DNA from: Chiloscyllium plagiosum
Lineage: Eukaryota
DNA length: 64,000 nucleotides
Assembly: GCF_004010195.1 (NCBI RefSeq)
Contig: NC_057728.1
Span: forward strand, 53,154,174-53,218,173
Direction of reading: 5' to 3'
The position numbers and the translations under genes were made by a program. Shown here piece by piece: positions 1 to 12,685 of this stretch (position 1 is its first letter; each line of letters opens with the position of its first letter). The notes below the pieces were generated by a model that saw only the letters and a list, made by a program, of their open reading frames with translations, ran no database searches and was not told the DNA's origin.

Positions 1-205
1 AAATGTCCGTGTTGATTCGGTCACCCGAGATAGAAATGGAAAGGTCTAGGAAGGGGAGGGAGGAGTCTGAGACGGTCCAGGTGAATTTGAGGTCGGGGTG
101 GAAGGTGTTGGTAAAGTGGATGAACTGTTCAACCTCCTCGTGGGAGCACGAGGCAGCGCCGATACAGTCATCGATGTAGCAGAGGAAAAGGTGGGGGGTG
201 GTGCC
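1..205 (-). mobile_element. Penelope-like element reverse transcriptase fragment (runs off window start)
   Basis: Minus-strand translation HLFLCYIDDCIGAASCSHEEVEQFIHFTNTFHPDLKFTWTVSDSSLPFLDLSI contains PLE-type YIDD, 'HPxLKFT' and 'LPFLD' motifs; it abuts an oppositely oriented PLE terminal repeat. Confidence 0.85.
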
Positions 206-406
206 AATCCCTTGAACTTAGCACTGCCTTCCTAACCTGCAATCTTCTTCTTGGATGCTGCCTGACCTGCTGCGCTTTTCCAGCAACACATTTTAGGAAA
301 AGGTGGGGGGTGGTGCCAATCCCTTGAACTTAGCACTGCCTTCCTAACCTGCAATCTTCTTCTTGGATGCTGCCTGACCTGCTGCGCTTTTCCAGCAACA
401 CATTTT
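183..406. repeat. Perfect 112-bp tandem duplication spanning a PLE RT/terminal-repeat junction
   Basis: aggaaaaggtggggggtggtgcc...ccagcaacacatttt occurs at 183-294 and 295-406. Confidence 0.9.
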
Positions 407-410
407 CAGC

Positions 411-2400
411 TCATTCTCCCATTCCCCAGCCCTACCTATGTGGCCTTGTAAATTCATCACTCTCAATATATCCAGTTCTACTCTGAAACTTTGTATGAAA
501 ACTACCTCCACTACTCTCCTTGGCAGCACATTCACAATCCTAACAACTCTTGGAGCAAGAAAGTTTCTCCTCATTTCACTCCTAGTTCTCTTGCTGACAA
601 CCTTGAAATTGTGATCCCCATTTACTGACATACAAACTAGTTGAGACAGAATATCCTTCCTTACCCTGTCAAAATTGTTCATAATTCTGAACACCTCAAT
701 AAGATGCCTTCTTAATCTTCCACGTTCAAAGTAGAACATGCCCGATTTCTCTAATCTTTCCTTGTACCTAAAATCCTTCGTTATGGTAAATTCTAGTAAA
801 TCTCTTTTGAACCCTCTCTGTGGCTTTCATATTCTTCCTTAAATAAGATGCCCAGAATTGAACACAATACTCCAAATGAGGTCTGATCAATGATTTGCAA
901 ATATATAGCATCACTTCCTTGCTTTTATATTCTATGCCCCTACTTATAAACCCAAGGATCCTATAAGACTTGTTAACAATGGTTTCAACTTGCCTGACCA
1001 TCTTCGGAGAATCATGCACATAAACCCGGACGTCCCTCTGCTCCTATATTGTCCTCAAACTTGTACCTGTATTGCATCATTGAACCTGTATTGTCTCTCA
1101 TTTTTGTCTACCAAAATGTATTATGTCACATTTATAAGCTTTGAAATTCATTTGCCGGGTGAGGGCCATTTGGCCAACTTGTCAGTGGCTCTCTGTAATC
1201 ACTCAGCATCATCCTCACAATTCACTATTCTCCCCAGTTTAGTATCATTTGTAAATTTAGAGATTTCACCCTCAATACCCAGTTTGAAACTATTTATTTA
1301 ACTCAGAAAAAGAAGGGTCCCAAAACCAATCCTTTGGGTCCTGATGAAGGGCTTATGCCTGAAACATCGATTCTCCTGCTCTTCACATGCTGCTTGGATG
1401 CTGTGCTTTTCCAGCACTACACTCTTCGACTCTGATCTCCAGCATCTGCAGTTCTCACTTTCTCTTAGAACACTACTTTCAACTTGTCTCCAGTCTGAGA
1501 AATGCCATCTATACCTAGCCTCTGTTTCCTATCTTTTAGCCAACTTCTAATCCATACTGCCCAAGAACCATCAATCCCAAGCTTTTCTAATTTGCTAACC
1601 AACCTGTCATGTGGCACCATATCAAATGCTTTCTGATAGTCCAAATATATACCATTCATAGTACTACCCTCATCCATTGCCTGTGTCAAAGAACTCAATT
1701 ACATTTGTCAGACATAACCTGTCCTTGACAAAGCCACATTATATAGTATTAATCTATTTTACTCAAAGGATATAGAGTCATAGAGTCATAGATGTACAGC
1801 ATGGAAACAGACCCTTCGGTCCAACCCCTATCCCATATTATGGCCTCCAACAATTTTTCCAGTTTTGATGTCAAGTTGATAGGTTTGTAGTTCCCTGGGT
1901 TATTCTTTGCCCTTCTCTTAAACAATGCTGTCACATTTGCAATCCTCTCATCCTCTGGGACTAATTCTGCCTTCAGGGAAGCTTGTTAAATTTTGTCAAT
2001 GACTTGACGATTTGCGCTCTTACCTCTCTCAGCAATCTAAGATACATCCCATTTGAACCAGGTGACTTCTTTACCTGGAGTGCTGCCAGCGTTTTTAGTA
2101 TTCTGTTGCTCAACACCCACATTTACAATGAGGGCATTCTTACAATTTCCTAATTTGGTAAAGACAGATGCAAAATATTCATTTAGTAACTCTACCACAT
2201 CCTTTGCTTCAGTGAGCAGCTTACCCTGCTTGTTTCTTATGGGCCCCACTCTACCTTCGCTAATCTTTTACTATTAATATGTTTGACAAACATTTTACTA
2301 TTTGTTTTAACACAGTCTGTTTATCCTTTCCTCATGCTTCCTCTTAGCCTTCTTTATTTCAGTCTTAGCCTCTCTCCCGTGTTTGAGATACTCTTTCTGA
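411..2400 (-). mobile_element. Decayed CR1-clade LINE ORF2 (RT to 3' end), interrupted by a short PLE repeat at about 1340-1463
   Basis: Fragments PGNYKPINLTS, IYLDYQKAFDMVPH, LIRPHLEYCVQFW, ERVQKRFTR with stops and frameshifts. Confidence 0.85.
1340..1463 (+). mobile_element. Short PLE terminal-repeat fragment with hammerhead-like motif
   Basis: ctgatgaagggcttatgcctgaaacatcgattctcctgctc...ctccagcatctgcag; same family recurs many times in the window. Confidence 0.75.
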
Positions 2401-2404
2401 CTTA

Positions 2405-4235
2405 GACCATAAGACATAGGAGCAGAAAGTAGACCATTCAGCCCATTGAGTGTGCTCTACCATTCAATCATGGCTGATAAGTTTCTCAACCTCATTCTCC
2501 CGCCATTCTCATGAACCTCCTCTGAACACGCTCCAGGCCAGTACATCCTTCCTGAGATATGGGTCACAAAACTGTGCACAATACTCCAAATGTGCTCTGA
2601 TTAGAGCCTATAGAGTCTCTGAAATACATCCCTACTTTAATATTCAAGTCCTCTGAAAGTAAATGCCATCATTGCATTTCATAACTAAGAATAAGTTCCT
2701 AACTACTGACTCAACATACAGGTTTACCTTGAGAGAATCCTGGACTAGAACTCCTCAAGTTGCTTTGCACTTCAGACTTCTGAATTTTCTCCCAATTTAG
2801 AAAATAGTCCATGCCTCTATTCTTTCTGCCAAAGTGCATGACTTCACACTTTCCCACACTGAACTCCATCTGCCACTTCTTTGCCCACTCTCCTAACCTG
2901 TCAAAATCTTTCTGCAGCTTCCCCACCTCTTCAATGCTACCTGTCCCTCTATCTCTCTTTACATTTTCTGCAAACTTAGCCGGAATGCCCTCCTTCATAG
3001 AGTCATAGTCATTGAGTCATAGAGATGTACAGCACGGAAACAAACCCTTCAGTCCAACTTGTCCATGCCGAACAGATATCCCAACTCAATCCAATCCTAC
3101 CTGCCAGCACCCGGCCATTTCCCTCCAAACCCTTCCTATTCATATATCCATCCAAATGCCTTTCAAATGTTGCAATTGTACTAGCCTCCACCATTTCCTC
3201 TGGCAGTTCATTCCATACACATGTCACCCTCTGCGTAAAAAAGATGCCCTTTATGTCTCTTTTATATCTTTCCCCTCTCACCCTAAACCTATGCCCTCTA
3301 GTTTTGGACTTCACCAACCCAGGGAAAAGACTTAGTCTATTTACCCTATCCATGCCCCTCATGATTTTATAAACCTCCTTAAGGTCACCCCTCAGCCTCC
3401 GACGCTCCAGGAAAAACAGCCCCAGCCTCTTCAACCTCTCCCTATAGTTCAAATCCTCCAACCCTGGCAACATCCTTGTAAATCTTTTCTGTACCCTTTC
3501 ATCTAGATCATTAATGGATAAAGTGAAAAGTTGTGGCCCCAACACTGAGCCTTAGAGAACACCACTTGTCACCGGGCTGCCATTCTGAGAAGGACCCTAT
3601 TATCCCCACTCTCTGCTTTCTGCCAGACAGCCAAGCTTCTTTCATTGCTAGCACCTTGCCTTGACACCATGGGACCTTATCTTACTCAGTAGCCTCCTGT
3701 GTAGCACCTTGTCAAAGGCCTTCTTTAAATCCAGATAGATAACATCCATTGGCTTTCCTTGGTCTATACTGCTTGTTACTTCCTCGAAGAATTCTAGCTG
3801 ATTTGTCATGCATGACCTCTCCTTGATGAAACCATGCTGACTTTGCCCTATTTTACTGTAAACCTCCAAGTTTGCAGAAATCTCATCTTTCACAATGGAT
3901 TCCAGGATGTTACCATATCTGAGGTTAGGCTAATCGGTCTGTAATTTTCCATCTTTTTCCTTACTCCCTTTTTAAGATGGCTGTCATGTTAGCAATTTTC
4001 CAGTCCTCTGGGATCCTCTCTGATTTTAGCGATTCCTGAAAGATCACCACCAAAGCCTCGGCTATCTCTTCAGATATCACCCTTAGAACTCTGGGGTGTA
4101 GTCCATCTGGTCCAGGTGGTTTATCCACCTTCAGGCTATTCAGTTTTTCTAGCACCTTCCTCTTGGTGATGGCCACCATACACAGCTCTGCCCCCTCACT
4201 CTCTAGAATGTTTGGAATATTACTCGTGTCTTCAA
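2405..4235 (-). mobile_element. CR1 LINE RT/3' fragment with a second CR1 3' end nested at about 2996-3497
   Basis: PGPDGLHPRVL, SQHGF, IYLDLKKAFDKV, WQMEFSVGKCEVMHFG; the nested copy ends in a (ctatgact)n tail. Confidence 0.85.
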
Positions 4236-4807
4236 TTGCTATTATTATTCCAGCAAAAAATCACCTCCAACCATATTGGTTCTAATTCAGGAATTGTACT
4301 GTTTTCAAGGGCAGTGATATGATCTTTGACCAAAAATGCAAAGTCTCCTCCCTTTTTACCCCACCTTATTTCTACTGAAAGCTTTATAATTCTGTCAATG
4401 CTGCTATGTCAGTCATATCCTTTAGAGCAATTTCTGCTTCCAGTCCCCAATTTTGTTCACAATATTCCATGCATACATACAATTTAATCTTGCCTTTATC
4501 TCTTTCTTGTCCATTGGAAGGGGACTATTTCTTTGTTCATTATCAACACTCACACCTTCCCTCACTTCCTTTACTCAGTTCCCTGAATTCTCTCTTTTCC
4601 ACCCTCTGGTCCTTCTCAAACTCTCCCCTTGCTTGAGGTGTAGGGACCTTCAGGTTAAACCACCAGTTGGCTCTGAGCAGCTCGATGGTCTGGTAAGACT
4701 ACGGTGATTTTATGTTTATCTTCTCCTCCCTGATGAAACGCGCACACACACACATGGTAAAATCTTTGGATTGCAAAGAACAGGATAAAATTAAGCGTCG
4801 TTTTCTA

Positions 4808-5020
4808 CAGTCAAGATTAGAGTAATGCTGGAAAAGCACAGCAGGTTAGCCAGCATCCGAGGAGCAGAAAAATAGACGTTTCAGGCAAAAGCCCTTCATC
4901 AGACTCTTGTCCAAAATGTCAATTTTCCTGCTCCTCGGATGCTGCCTGACTTGCTGTGCTTTTCCAGCACTACTCTCATCTTGATTCTAATCTCCAGCAT
5001 CTGCAGTACCCATCTTCGCC
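4808..5020. mobile_element. Head-to-head inverted pair of PLE terminal-repeat fragments
   Basis: gctggaaaagcacagc...atccgaggagcag on the left, its reverse complement ctgctcctcggatgctg...gcttttccagc on the right; minus-strand CTGATGAAGGGCTTTTGCCTGAAACGTC at 4875-4902. Confidence 0.8.
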
Positions 5021-6011
5021 CAGTTCATTTTCTACAGGTCAAGCCAAAGATGTTCATTTTGCATAAAAAAAGAACACCTTTAAACAAAAACAAATAGCTG
5101 GAGAAACTCAGCAGGTCTGGCAACACCAGTGGACACTTTTTGAGTTCAGTAACCCTTCTTCAGAACACCTTTAATCAAGTTTAATCTGTGTATGAATTTC
5201 TGGAGAGGCCAAGAAAGAGTGGTTGAGAGCAGAAGGAATACATAGAGTTAACTTAAAATGTTGAGTAACAACTTTACAGTAAAGACACAAATAGACAATG
5301 GACTCTTTGTGTGTTTATGTGTGTGGTTGGTACTATCTGAGTGATGTGTGTGTGTGTGTGTATGTAGTGGGGGTGGGAGGGGTGAGGCTAGACTGCATTT
5401 TGTAATGAGCATGTGAACTCAATCTTTCAGCAAGAAAGCACCCTGGCAACAAACCTTAGAGTCGCAATATCCTGTCTTTCTGTGAGGAAACTGAAACATT
5501 CCCAGCTCCCTACACTGTAAACATACTGTGGACTGTGTGGTTGTATAACTGGTTAGTTCAGTAATATTAAAACTGACCCTTAAACCCAATCTCTGTTTGT
5601 TACTGTGCCAATCTAATTCTTACCCTGGAACTGTGTATCGGTATATACTATACAAACATATTATCTGTAAAAGTTGAACAATGGATTGAAAGCAAGTGGT
5701 TTATCTCATTGCTTTTTCATTTTAATTTAAACAAATAATTCATTGAAAGGTGTTGAGGACGTTTAAGAATCAAATGTTACACACAGCCTTCTCTCCTGAA
5801 AACATGCACAATGACGCAGTTACTTAAAACCTCAGCTGGACTTGCATTTGGGATGACTGATCTGTAATCGGAGAATATTTCTCAATGCCTTACTCGCTCA
5901 GCTGTAAACTGAGAGTTTACAGAAATCCTTCATCCATTGTATTTTAATCCAATTAGCTCCCAATCAAAGGTCTAATAAAGCGAGGTTCCATTATATGTTT
6001 TGTACCTTTGA

Positions 6012-6400
6012 ATAGGCTAGAAAAACTAGTGTTGTTTTCTCTAGAGTGGTGGAGGCCGAGGGGGAGGCTTGACAGAAGTCTAGAAAATCATGAGACGCAT
6101 GGATAGGGTTGACAGTCAGAATCGTTTTCCCAGAGAGGGTGAAACGTTCATAGGAGATGTGAGAGGCTAGTCTTTTTAGACAGAGAGTGGTGGGTATCTA
6201 GAATGCACTGCCAGGGGTAATGGTGGAGGCAGATACGATATGTTGTTGAAAGGGCTTTTAGATAGACACATGAATATGCAAGAAATGAAAGGATATGAAC
6301 CAAGGACAGGCAGAAGGGATTAACTTAATTTAGTGTCATGTTTGGCACAACATCATGTGCCGAAGTGCCTGTTCCTGTGCTGTACTCTTCTATGTTCAAT
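6012..6400 (+). mobile_element. CR1 LINE 3' fragment
   Basis: Similar to the other CR1 3' ends in the window (gtggtgggt...tggtggaggcagatac); close to the copy at about 21745-22135 on the - strand. Confidence 0.7.
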
Positions 6401-6526
6401 GTTTATGCTCCTTATTTTAACAAGTATAATTTCAAAAATCTTTTCATCTTTTCTGTATCATACAGAAATAGGAAGTGTCACCATCCATTCTTACACCATT
6501 TGCAATATTCATAGAAGGATATTTAA

Positions 6527-7340
6527 TCATAGAGTTATACAGCAGGGAAACAGACCCTTCGGTCCAACCAGTCCTTGCAAACCATAATCCCAAACTAAGC
6601 TAGTCCCACTTGCCTGTGCTTGGCCCACATCCCGCCAAACATTTCTTATTCATCTACTTATACAAATGTTTTTAAAATTTTGTAACTGTACCTGCACCCA
6701 CCAGTTCCTCTGGAAGTTTATTCCACATACGAATCACTCTCTGTCTAAACAATTGACCCCATGCCTTTTTAAAATCTTTCTCCTGTCACCTTAAAATATG
6801 CTCCCTAGTCTTGAAATCCCTCACCCCAGGGAAAAGACACCTGCCACCTTATCTTTACCCCTCATGATTTTATAAACCTCTATGAGGTCACCCCTCAAAC
6901 TCCTACGCTCCAGTGAAAAAAATTCCCAGCCTATCCAGCCTCTCCTTATAACTCAAACACTCCATTCCTGGCAACATCCTGGTAAATGTTTTCAGAACCA
7001 TCTCCAGCTTAATGATATCCTTCTTATAACAGGGCAACCAGACCTGTACATAGTACTCCAGAACAGGCCTTACTAACATCCTGTACAACCTCAACATGAC
7101 GTCCTAACTCCTGTACTCAATAGTCTGAGCAGCAAAAGCAAGCATGCTAAACACCTTCTTAACCACTCTTTCAACATGTGACACAAACTTCAAAGAATTA
7201 TGTACCCAAACTGTTAGGTCTCTCTGTTCTACAACATTATCCAAGGCCACATGTTTAATTGTGTAAGTTCTGCCCTTGTTTGTTTTACTGAAATGCAATA
7301 CCTCACATTTATCCAAATTAAACTCCATCCGCCACTCTCT
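6527..7340 (-). mobile_element. CR1 LINE 3' fragment
   Basis: MEFNLDKCEVLHF, LVRPVLEYYVQVW, followed by a CR1 3' UTR. Confidence 0.85.
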
Positions 7341-8428
7341 TGATCAATTGATCAATTGATTTAGTTTGGCTTCTGGATTTTCTAGAGTGCTAGTGTCAAA
7401 ATTGTTGTTTTGTTCAATAAGACAGTAATTGTTCCTTTGAGAAAATGGAGGCACTATATGATATTTTGTCACTGTAAGGGAATTGGAAGCAGATCAGTCG
7501 TGATTTCAAAGGGGAATTAGATATATCCTTAAAAATGAAAATTTGCAGACAGAATAGAGAAAGTTGGGAAGGTGAAGGAGAGATTTAATAGGGGCATTCA
7601 AAATCAGCAGGTCCAGTAAGTAAAGGTGAACTGTTTCCATTAGTAGGAGGGTTGATTTAATATAATTAACTGTTCTAATAGAATTGGCAAAAGAGATGAG
7701 TGATAAGAGATGTTTTTAACATTGAAATGTGCAACCTCAAAGTATGGCAGCAGAAGACTAAGAGCAGCTTTGAAAAAGAAATTGGATAAGTACTCCAAAA
7801 GGAGGTTGGGTTATGGGCAGAGGCCGTGGGATTAATTGGGTAGCTCTTTCAAAGTGCCAGTACAGGCATAATGGGCTGAATGGCCTCTTCCTGTGCTGTG
7901 TGGCTCTAGAATTATCCTGTATCAGCACAGCTGCTTTTCCTATATTCAATTTCCAAAATGCAAGAGCAGGCACTGTTAGTCCTCCTTCAGAAAGCAATTT
8001 TTAAAAAAAATGCAAATCAAAACTGCAAATATTCAAATGCAAGGATTCATCTGTGTCTCTGTAATGAAGATAGGATGTAGGCGTTGACTTGAACGAGTCA
8101 GACTTTAGATTTACTTCAAAAGACAGGATATCAAAGTTTCAAATAATAAAAATATGATAAAGTGAGTTTTGATCTACAAAGCAATAGGAAGGATTTCCCT
8201 ATCTTCCAATTTTCAATCTTGTTGTGAAAATATTAATTAAACTCTCTATTCTGTCATGCCAAAGAGGAAAGCTTTCACTACTATTTGGTCAAATGTTAAG
8301 CTGCATTCTTTTCAAATGTTAAGACCCGCTCAACTCCTTCCTGCTTCCCTCCACCTGTCTGCCTCCAGCACTGTTTTAGTGTTTTTTGACTATCAGTGAG
8401 ATTCTGGTTCTGTGGAGAGATTAAGACA

Positions 8429-8444
8429 TGCTGCCCTCTAGTGC
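8429..8444 (-). promoter_or_regulatory. CTCF-like motif
   Basis: Minus strand GCACTAGAGGGCAGCA resembles the CTCF core CCASYAGRKGGCRS; motif match only. Confidence 0.4.
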
Positions 8445-8543
8445 TTAATGACCTCAATTCCATCCCATCCCAGACAGTGTAATTCCAACAATGCAGTTTG
8501 ATTACTGCCCAGTCTGAAGTAGATATAGGACCTCCCTCCTCAC

Positions 8544-8650
8544 CCTGAGAGCAGAAGGCAATGGCAAACTACCAAAAGAAAATGCTCAGGATGAAGCATC
8601 ATCTTAGACAATGAGGTTGCTTTACTTCGAGCAGAACGTAAATGAAATAG
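8544..8650 (-). CDS. Candidate first coding exon encoding a signal peptide (MMLHPEHFLLVVCHCLLLSG; ATG at 8602, phase-2 donor)
   Basis: Non-repetitive; acceptor tatttcttttcAG, donor GG|GTGAGG; only one frame is open; hydrophobic N-terminus. No compatible downstream exon identified in the window. Confidence 0.5.
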
Positions 8651-8684
8651 CTGAAAAGAAATACACATTTTTATTATGCCTATA

Positions 8685-9490
8685 ATAGACAGGCAGGAAG
8701 CTGGAAGAACATAGCAAGACAGCAGCATCAAGAGGTGGAGAAGTCGATGTTTCAGGTGTAATCTTTCTTCAGGACTGGGGGTGGGTGTAGGGGGAACTGC
8801 AGATAAAGAGGTTGGCGTGGGCAGGGTGGTGAAGTGGGTACAAGTGAAGACAGAGGGTAAGACCTGGTTGGTCAATGGGAAAAATGAATCCGGTTGGTGG
8901 CAGGGAGGAGTGGAAGGGAGGGGAGACAGGCTGAGAAGGGAGTTGGGGGATGGGAAGGAAGGTTATTTGAAATTGGAGAACTCGATGTTGAGTCCTCCGG
9001 GCTGTAAGCTGTCCAGGTGGAAGATGTGGTATTGTTCCACCAGGTTGCGGAGTGCTTCCGGAGAGAGAATTGTTTGTGGAGGCGTTGGAGGTATTGCAAG
9101 AATGGAGCGTCAAAGGTGGGTCCAAATTTGGAGGGTTTAAAATGGGCCTTGGGGAATGTGATGGTTGTGAAGAACAGCAGCCGAGAAACGTCATGTGGCG
9201 GTAGTTTCGGGTTTGTTTCATCATGTGGTCAAAAAGCTGGAAGGCTGAGGAAGTCACGGTGTTGTGACAGTGAGAAAGGGACTCACTGAGTGCACATCCG
9301 AGGGAGGCAGAGCCAAAATAGACAGGGCAGGAGGCTGAAAGAACACAGCAAGCCAGTGGAGAAGTCAACGTTTTGGGTGTAACCTTTCTTCAGGACTGGG
9401 GGTGAGTACAGGGGAAGCTGCAGATAAAGAGGGTGGCGAGGGCAGGGTGGTGAAGTGGGGAATAGGTGAAGACAGATGGAGGGTATGACC
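8685..9490 (-). mobile_element. Internally deleted Penelope-like element with two direct terminal repeats
   Basis: Direct repeats at about 8690-8860 and 9320-9490; between them a PLE-like ORF start (SAFQLFDHMMKQTRNYRHMTFLGCC) is joined to a GIY-YIG C-terminus (HIFHLDSLQPGGLNIEFSNFK*). Confidence 0.75.
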
Positions 9491-10271
9491 CCATCACAAG
9501 CATCGAATGTCCCAAAGCACTTTACAGGTCTCCTTTGTAATAATGCCATGGCATCACATGATGAGGCTTCTATAGACAAAAAAAGCATGAGTGGGTGAGG
9601 TCAGGCTGACACAGGCCCAGGGTACTAGTTTTTGTTTTCAGTTGTTGAATTTGGGGCTTTTGCTGTTGAAGCTGCTAGATAAAGCTCTCACTCTCTCTGC
9701 TGTAATGGAGGACGGGAAAAATTTCTGGCTGGAACAGGCTGCTCATTTTTTGAGGTATTTTAGGTGTTGGAGGCGATTTCCTTGAATTTCAGGAGCAGCA
9801 ATTACTGTTTTCTATGCTGTTGCATTGTTTTGGAACTTTGGAGAAAAAGAAGTCAAAACAATGGCACTTTTAAAAGGGACAGAAACAGACAAAGGCAGCA
9901 CATGGTGAGGTCAGTGTAGGAGAGAGAGAGAGAGAGTGAAAGAAGCCCACACAACTAACTGACACAGCAGTGAACCTGCACAGATACTGCCTTTACTGTT
10001 TGAATTCATGTATCGCTGGACATTGGAGTGCATCTGGAAAAATTAACAAACAGTGAAGTTCATATCTTGGAGGACCTGTTTGGGAGAGGTCACAGCACAG
10101 AAACAGATAAGTGAATACTTTTAAGTGTAGCCTTGTTCTAAGTCTGCAGTAGTGAGTAGAGTGGGTTCTTGCTTGATTATATGTTTTATTGAGATATGTC
10201 TCTTGATTAAATTTAAAAATATAAGCCATAAGTATTGTTACCCTGGAGCAGTGTTTTGTAAAGGAATAAGA

Positions 10272-10590
10272 CGGCACGGTGGCACAGTGGTTAGCACTGC
10301 TGCCTCACAGCGCCAGAGACCCGGGTTCAATTCCCGCCTCAAGCGACTGACTGTGCGGAGTTTGCACATTCTCCCCGTGTCTGCGTGGGTTTCCTCCGGG
10401 TGCTCCGGTTTCCTCCCACAGTCCAAAGATGTGCAGGTCAGGTGAAGTGGCCATGCTAAATTGTCCGTAGTGTTAGGTAAGGGGTAAATGTAGGGGTATG
10501 GGTGGTTTGCGCTTCGGCGGGTCGGTGTGGACTTGTTGGGCCGAAGGGCCTGTTTCCACACTGTAAAGTAATCTAAATCTAATCTAATCT
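10272..10590 (+). mobile_element. HE1-type tRNA-derived V-SINE, well preserved
   Basis: A box (tggcacagtggttagc), B box (ggttcaattccc), V domain (ttctccccgtgtctgcgtgggtttcctccgggtgctccggtttcctccc), (taatc)n tail; taagac on both flanks. Confidence 0.9.
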
Positions 10591-10633
10591 AAGACAGGCT
10601 ATTTTCTGGGTCTGTAGATTGGAAGAAGCAAAA

Positions 10634-11690
10634 ATGGCCTTTAGTAGAGTGGTATGCTCTTCTTGTCAGATGTGGGAGGTGAGGGAGAGTTTACGTGTTA
10701 CTGAGGATTATATCTGGAAGAAATGCCATTGGTTGTGAATCCTATTAGATCAAATGGATCGGTCGGAAAGACAGTTAGAAGCAATGAGGAATTTACAAGA
10801 CCAAGGGGATGACATGGATGGCCGTTAGGAAAAGAAAAAAGTTGCATATACAGTCGCATAGATGGGTTAACTCCAGGAAAGGCAAGAGAGGTAGGCAGGT
10901 ATTGCAGGAGTCTTCTGTGGCTATACCCATTTCAAACAAGCACACTGTTTGGAAAATGTTGGAGGTGATGAATTCTCAGGGAAATGTAGTAGCAAGAACA
11001 GCCAAGTTTCTTGTGTCGAGACTGGCTCTAATACAATGAGGGGTATGTCAGGTTCCAAGAGATCAATTGTGTTAGGGGACTCTCTAGTCCGAGATACAGA
11101 CAGACATTTCTGTGGCCATCAGCGAAAAATCAGAATAGTGTGTTACTTCCCTGGTGCCAGGATTAAGGATGTCTCAGAGAGGGTGCAGAATGTTCTCACG
11201 GGCGAGAGGGACCAGCAGGAGGTCATTGTGCACATTGGAACCAGTGACATAGGAAGGGAAAGGGATGATGTTCTGAAGGGAGAATATAGAGAGTTAGGCA
11301 GGAATTTAAAAAGGAGGTCCTCAAGGGTATTAATATCTGGATTACTTCTGGTACTACGAGCTAGTGAGGGCAGGAAAATAGAAGGATAGAGCAGATGAAT
11401 GCATGGCTGAGGAGCTGGTGTATGGGAGAAGGATTCACATTTTTGGAACATTGGAATCTCTTCTGGGGTAGAAGGGACCTGTACAAGAAGAACAGATTGC
11501 ACCTGAATTGGAAGGGGACTAATATATTGGCAGGGAAATTTGCTAGAGCTGCTCAGGAGGGGTGGGTGGGACCCAGGGAGATAGTGAGGAAAGAAATCAA
11601 TCTGAGACTGGTACAGTTGAGAAAAGAAGCGAGTCAAACAGCCAGGGTAGCCATGGGCAAAGTAGAGAACAAGGTAGAACTGATAAATTA
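10634..11690 (+). pseudogene. CR1 ORF1 (zinc finger plus SGNH/GDSL esterase), disrupted
   Basis: CxxC at the N-terminus, GDS block I, HIGTxD block III and a degenerate block V; frameshifted over several ORFs. Confidence 0.8.
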
Positions 11691-12520
11691 AGCTGCATTT
11701 ATTTCGATGCAAGAGTCCTAACAGGGGAGGCAGATGAACTCAGGGCATGGTTAGGAACATGGGACTGGGATATCATAGCAATTACAGAAACATGGCTCAG
11801 GGATGGACAGGACTGGCAACTTAATGTTCCAGGATACAAATGCTACAGGAAGGACAGAAAGGGAGGCAAGAGAGGAGGGGGAGTGGTATATTTGATAAGG
11901 GAGTGCATTACAATGTACTGAGGGAGGATATTCCCAGAAATACATTCAGGGAAGTTATTTGGGTGGAACTGGGAAATATGAAAGGATGATCACCTTATTG
12001 GGATTGTATTATAGACCCCTTAATAGACAGCGGGAAATTGAGAAACAGATTTGTAAGGAGATCTCAGTTATGTATAAGAATATTAGGTTGGTTATGGTTG
12101 GGGATTTTAACTTTCCAAACATAGACTGGGACTGCCATAGTGTTAAGGGTTTAGATGGAGAGGAATTTGTTAAGCATGTACAAGAAAATTTTCTGATTCA
12201 GTATGTGGATGTACTTATTAGAGAAAGTGCAAAACTTGACCGACTCTTGGGAAATAAGGCAGGGCAGGTGATTGAGGTGTCAGTGGGGGAGCACTTTGGG
12301 GCCAGCGACCATAATTCTATTAGTTTTAAAATAGTGATGGAAAAGGATAGACCAGATCCAAAAGTTGAAGTTCTAAATTGGAGGAAGGCTAATTTTGATG
12401 GTATTAGGCAAGAACATTCGAAAGCTGATTGGGTGCAGATGTTCATAGGTAAAGGGACGGCTGGAAAATGGGAAGCCTTCGGAAATGAGATAACGAGAGT
12501 CCAGAGAAAGTATTTTCCTG

Positions 12521-12685
12521 GATGTAGGTTTGCTTGCTGAGCTGGAAGGTTCAATTTCAGACATTTTGTCAACATACTAGGTAACATCTTCAGTGAACCT
12601 CTGGATGAAGCCTACCAGCTCAGCGAGCAAACCTACTTCCCGAACCTCAACCTGAGCTACAAATCTTCTCACAAAAATTGCTCAC
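12521..12685. mobile_element. Short PLE-like insertion of a second family inside CR1 ORF2
   Basis: Internal inverted repeat at 12524-12545/12615-12636; degenerate minus-strand CTGAAGATGTTAC...GACAAAATGTC; flanked by agtattttcctg/agtatattcctg. Confidence 0.65.

Noticed and set aside
10272..10345. tRNA gene
   Set aside because: tRNA-like head of a SINE, continuing into the V domain and LINE-derived tail
10949..11389. Host GDSL lipase/esterase gene
   Set aside because: Embedded in CR1 directly upstream of APE-RT; it is ORF1
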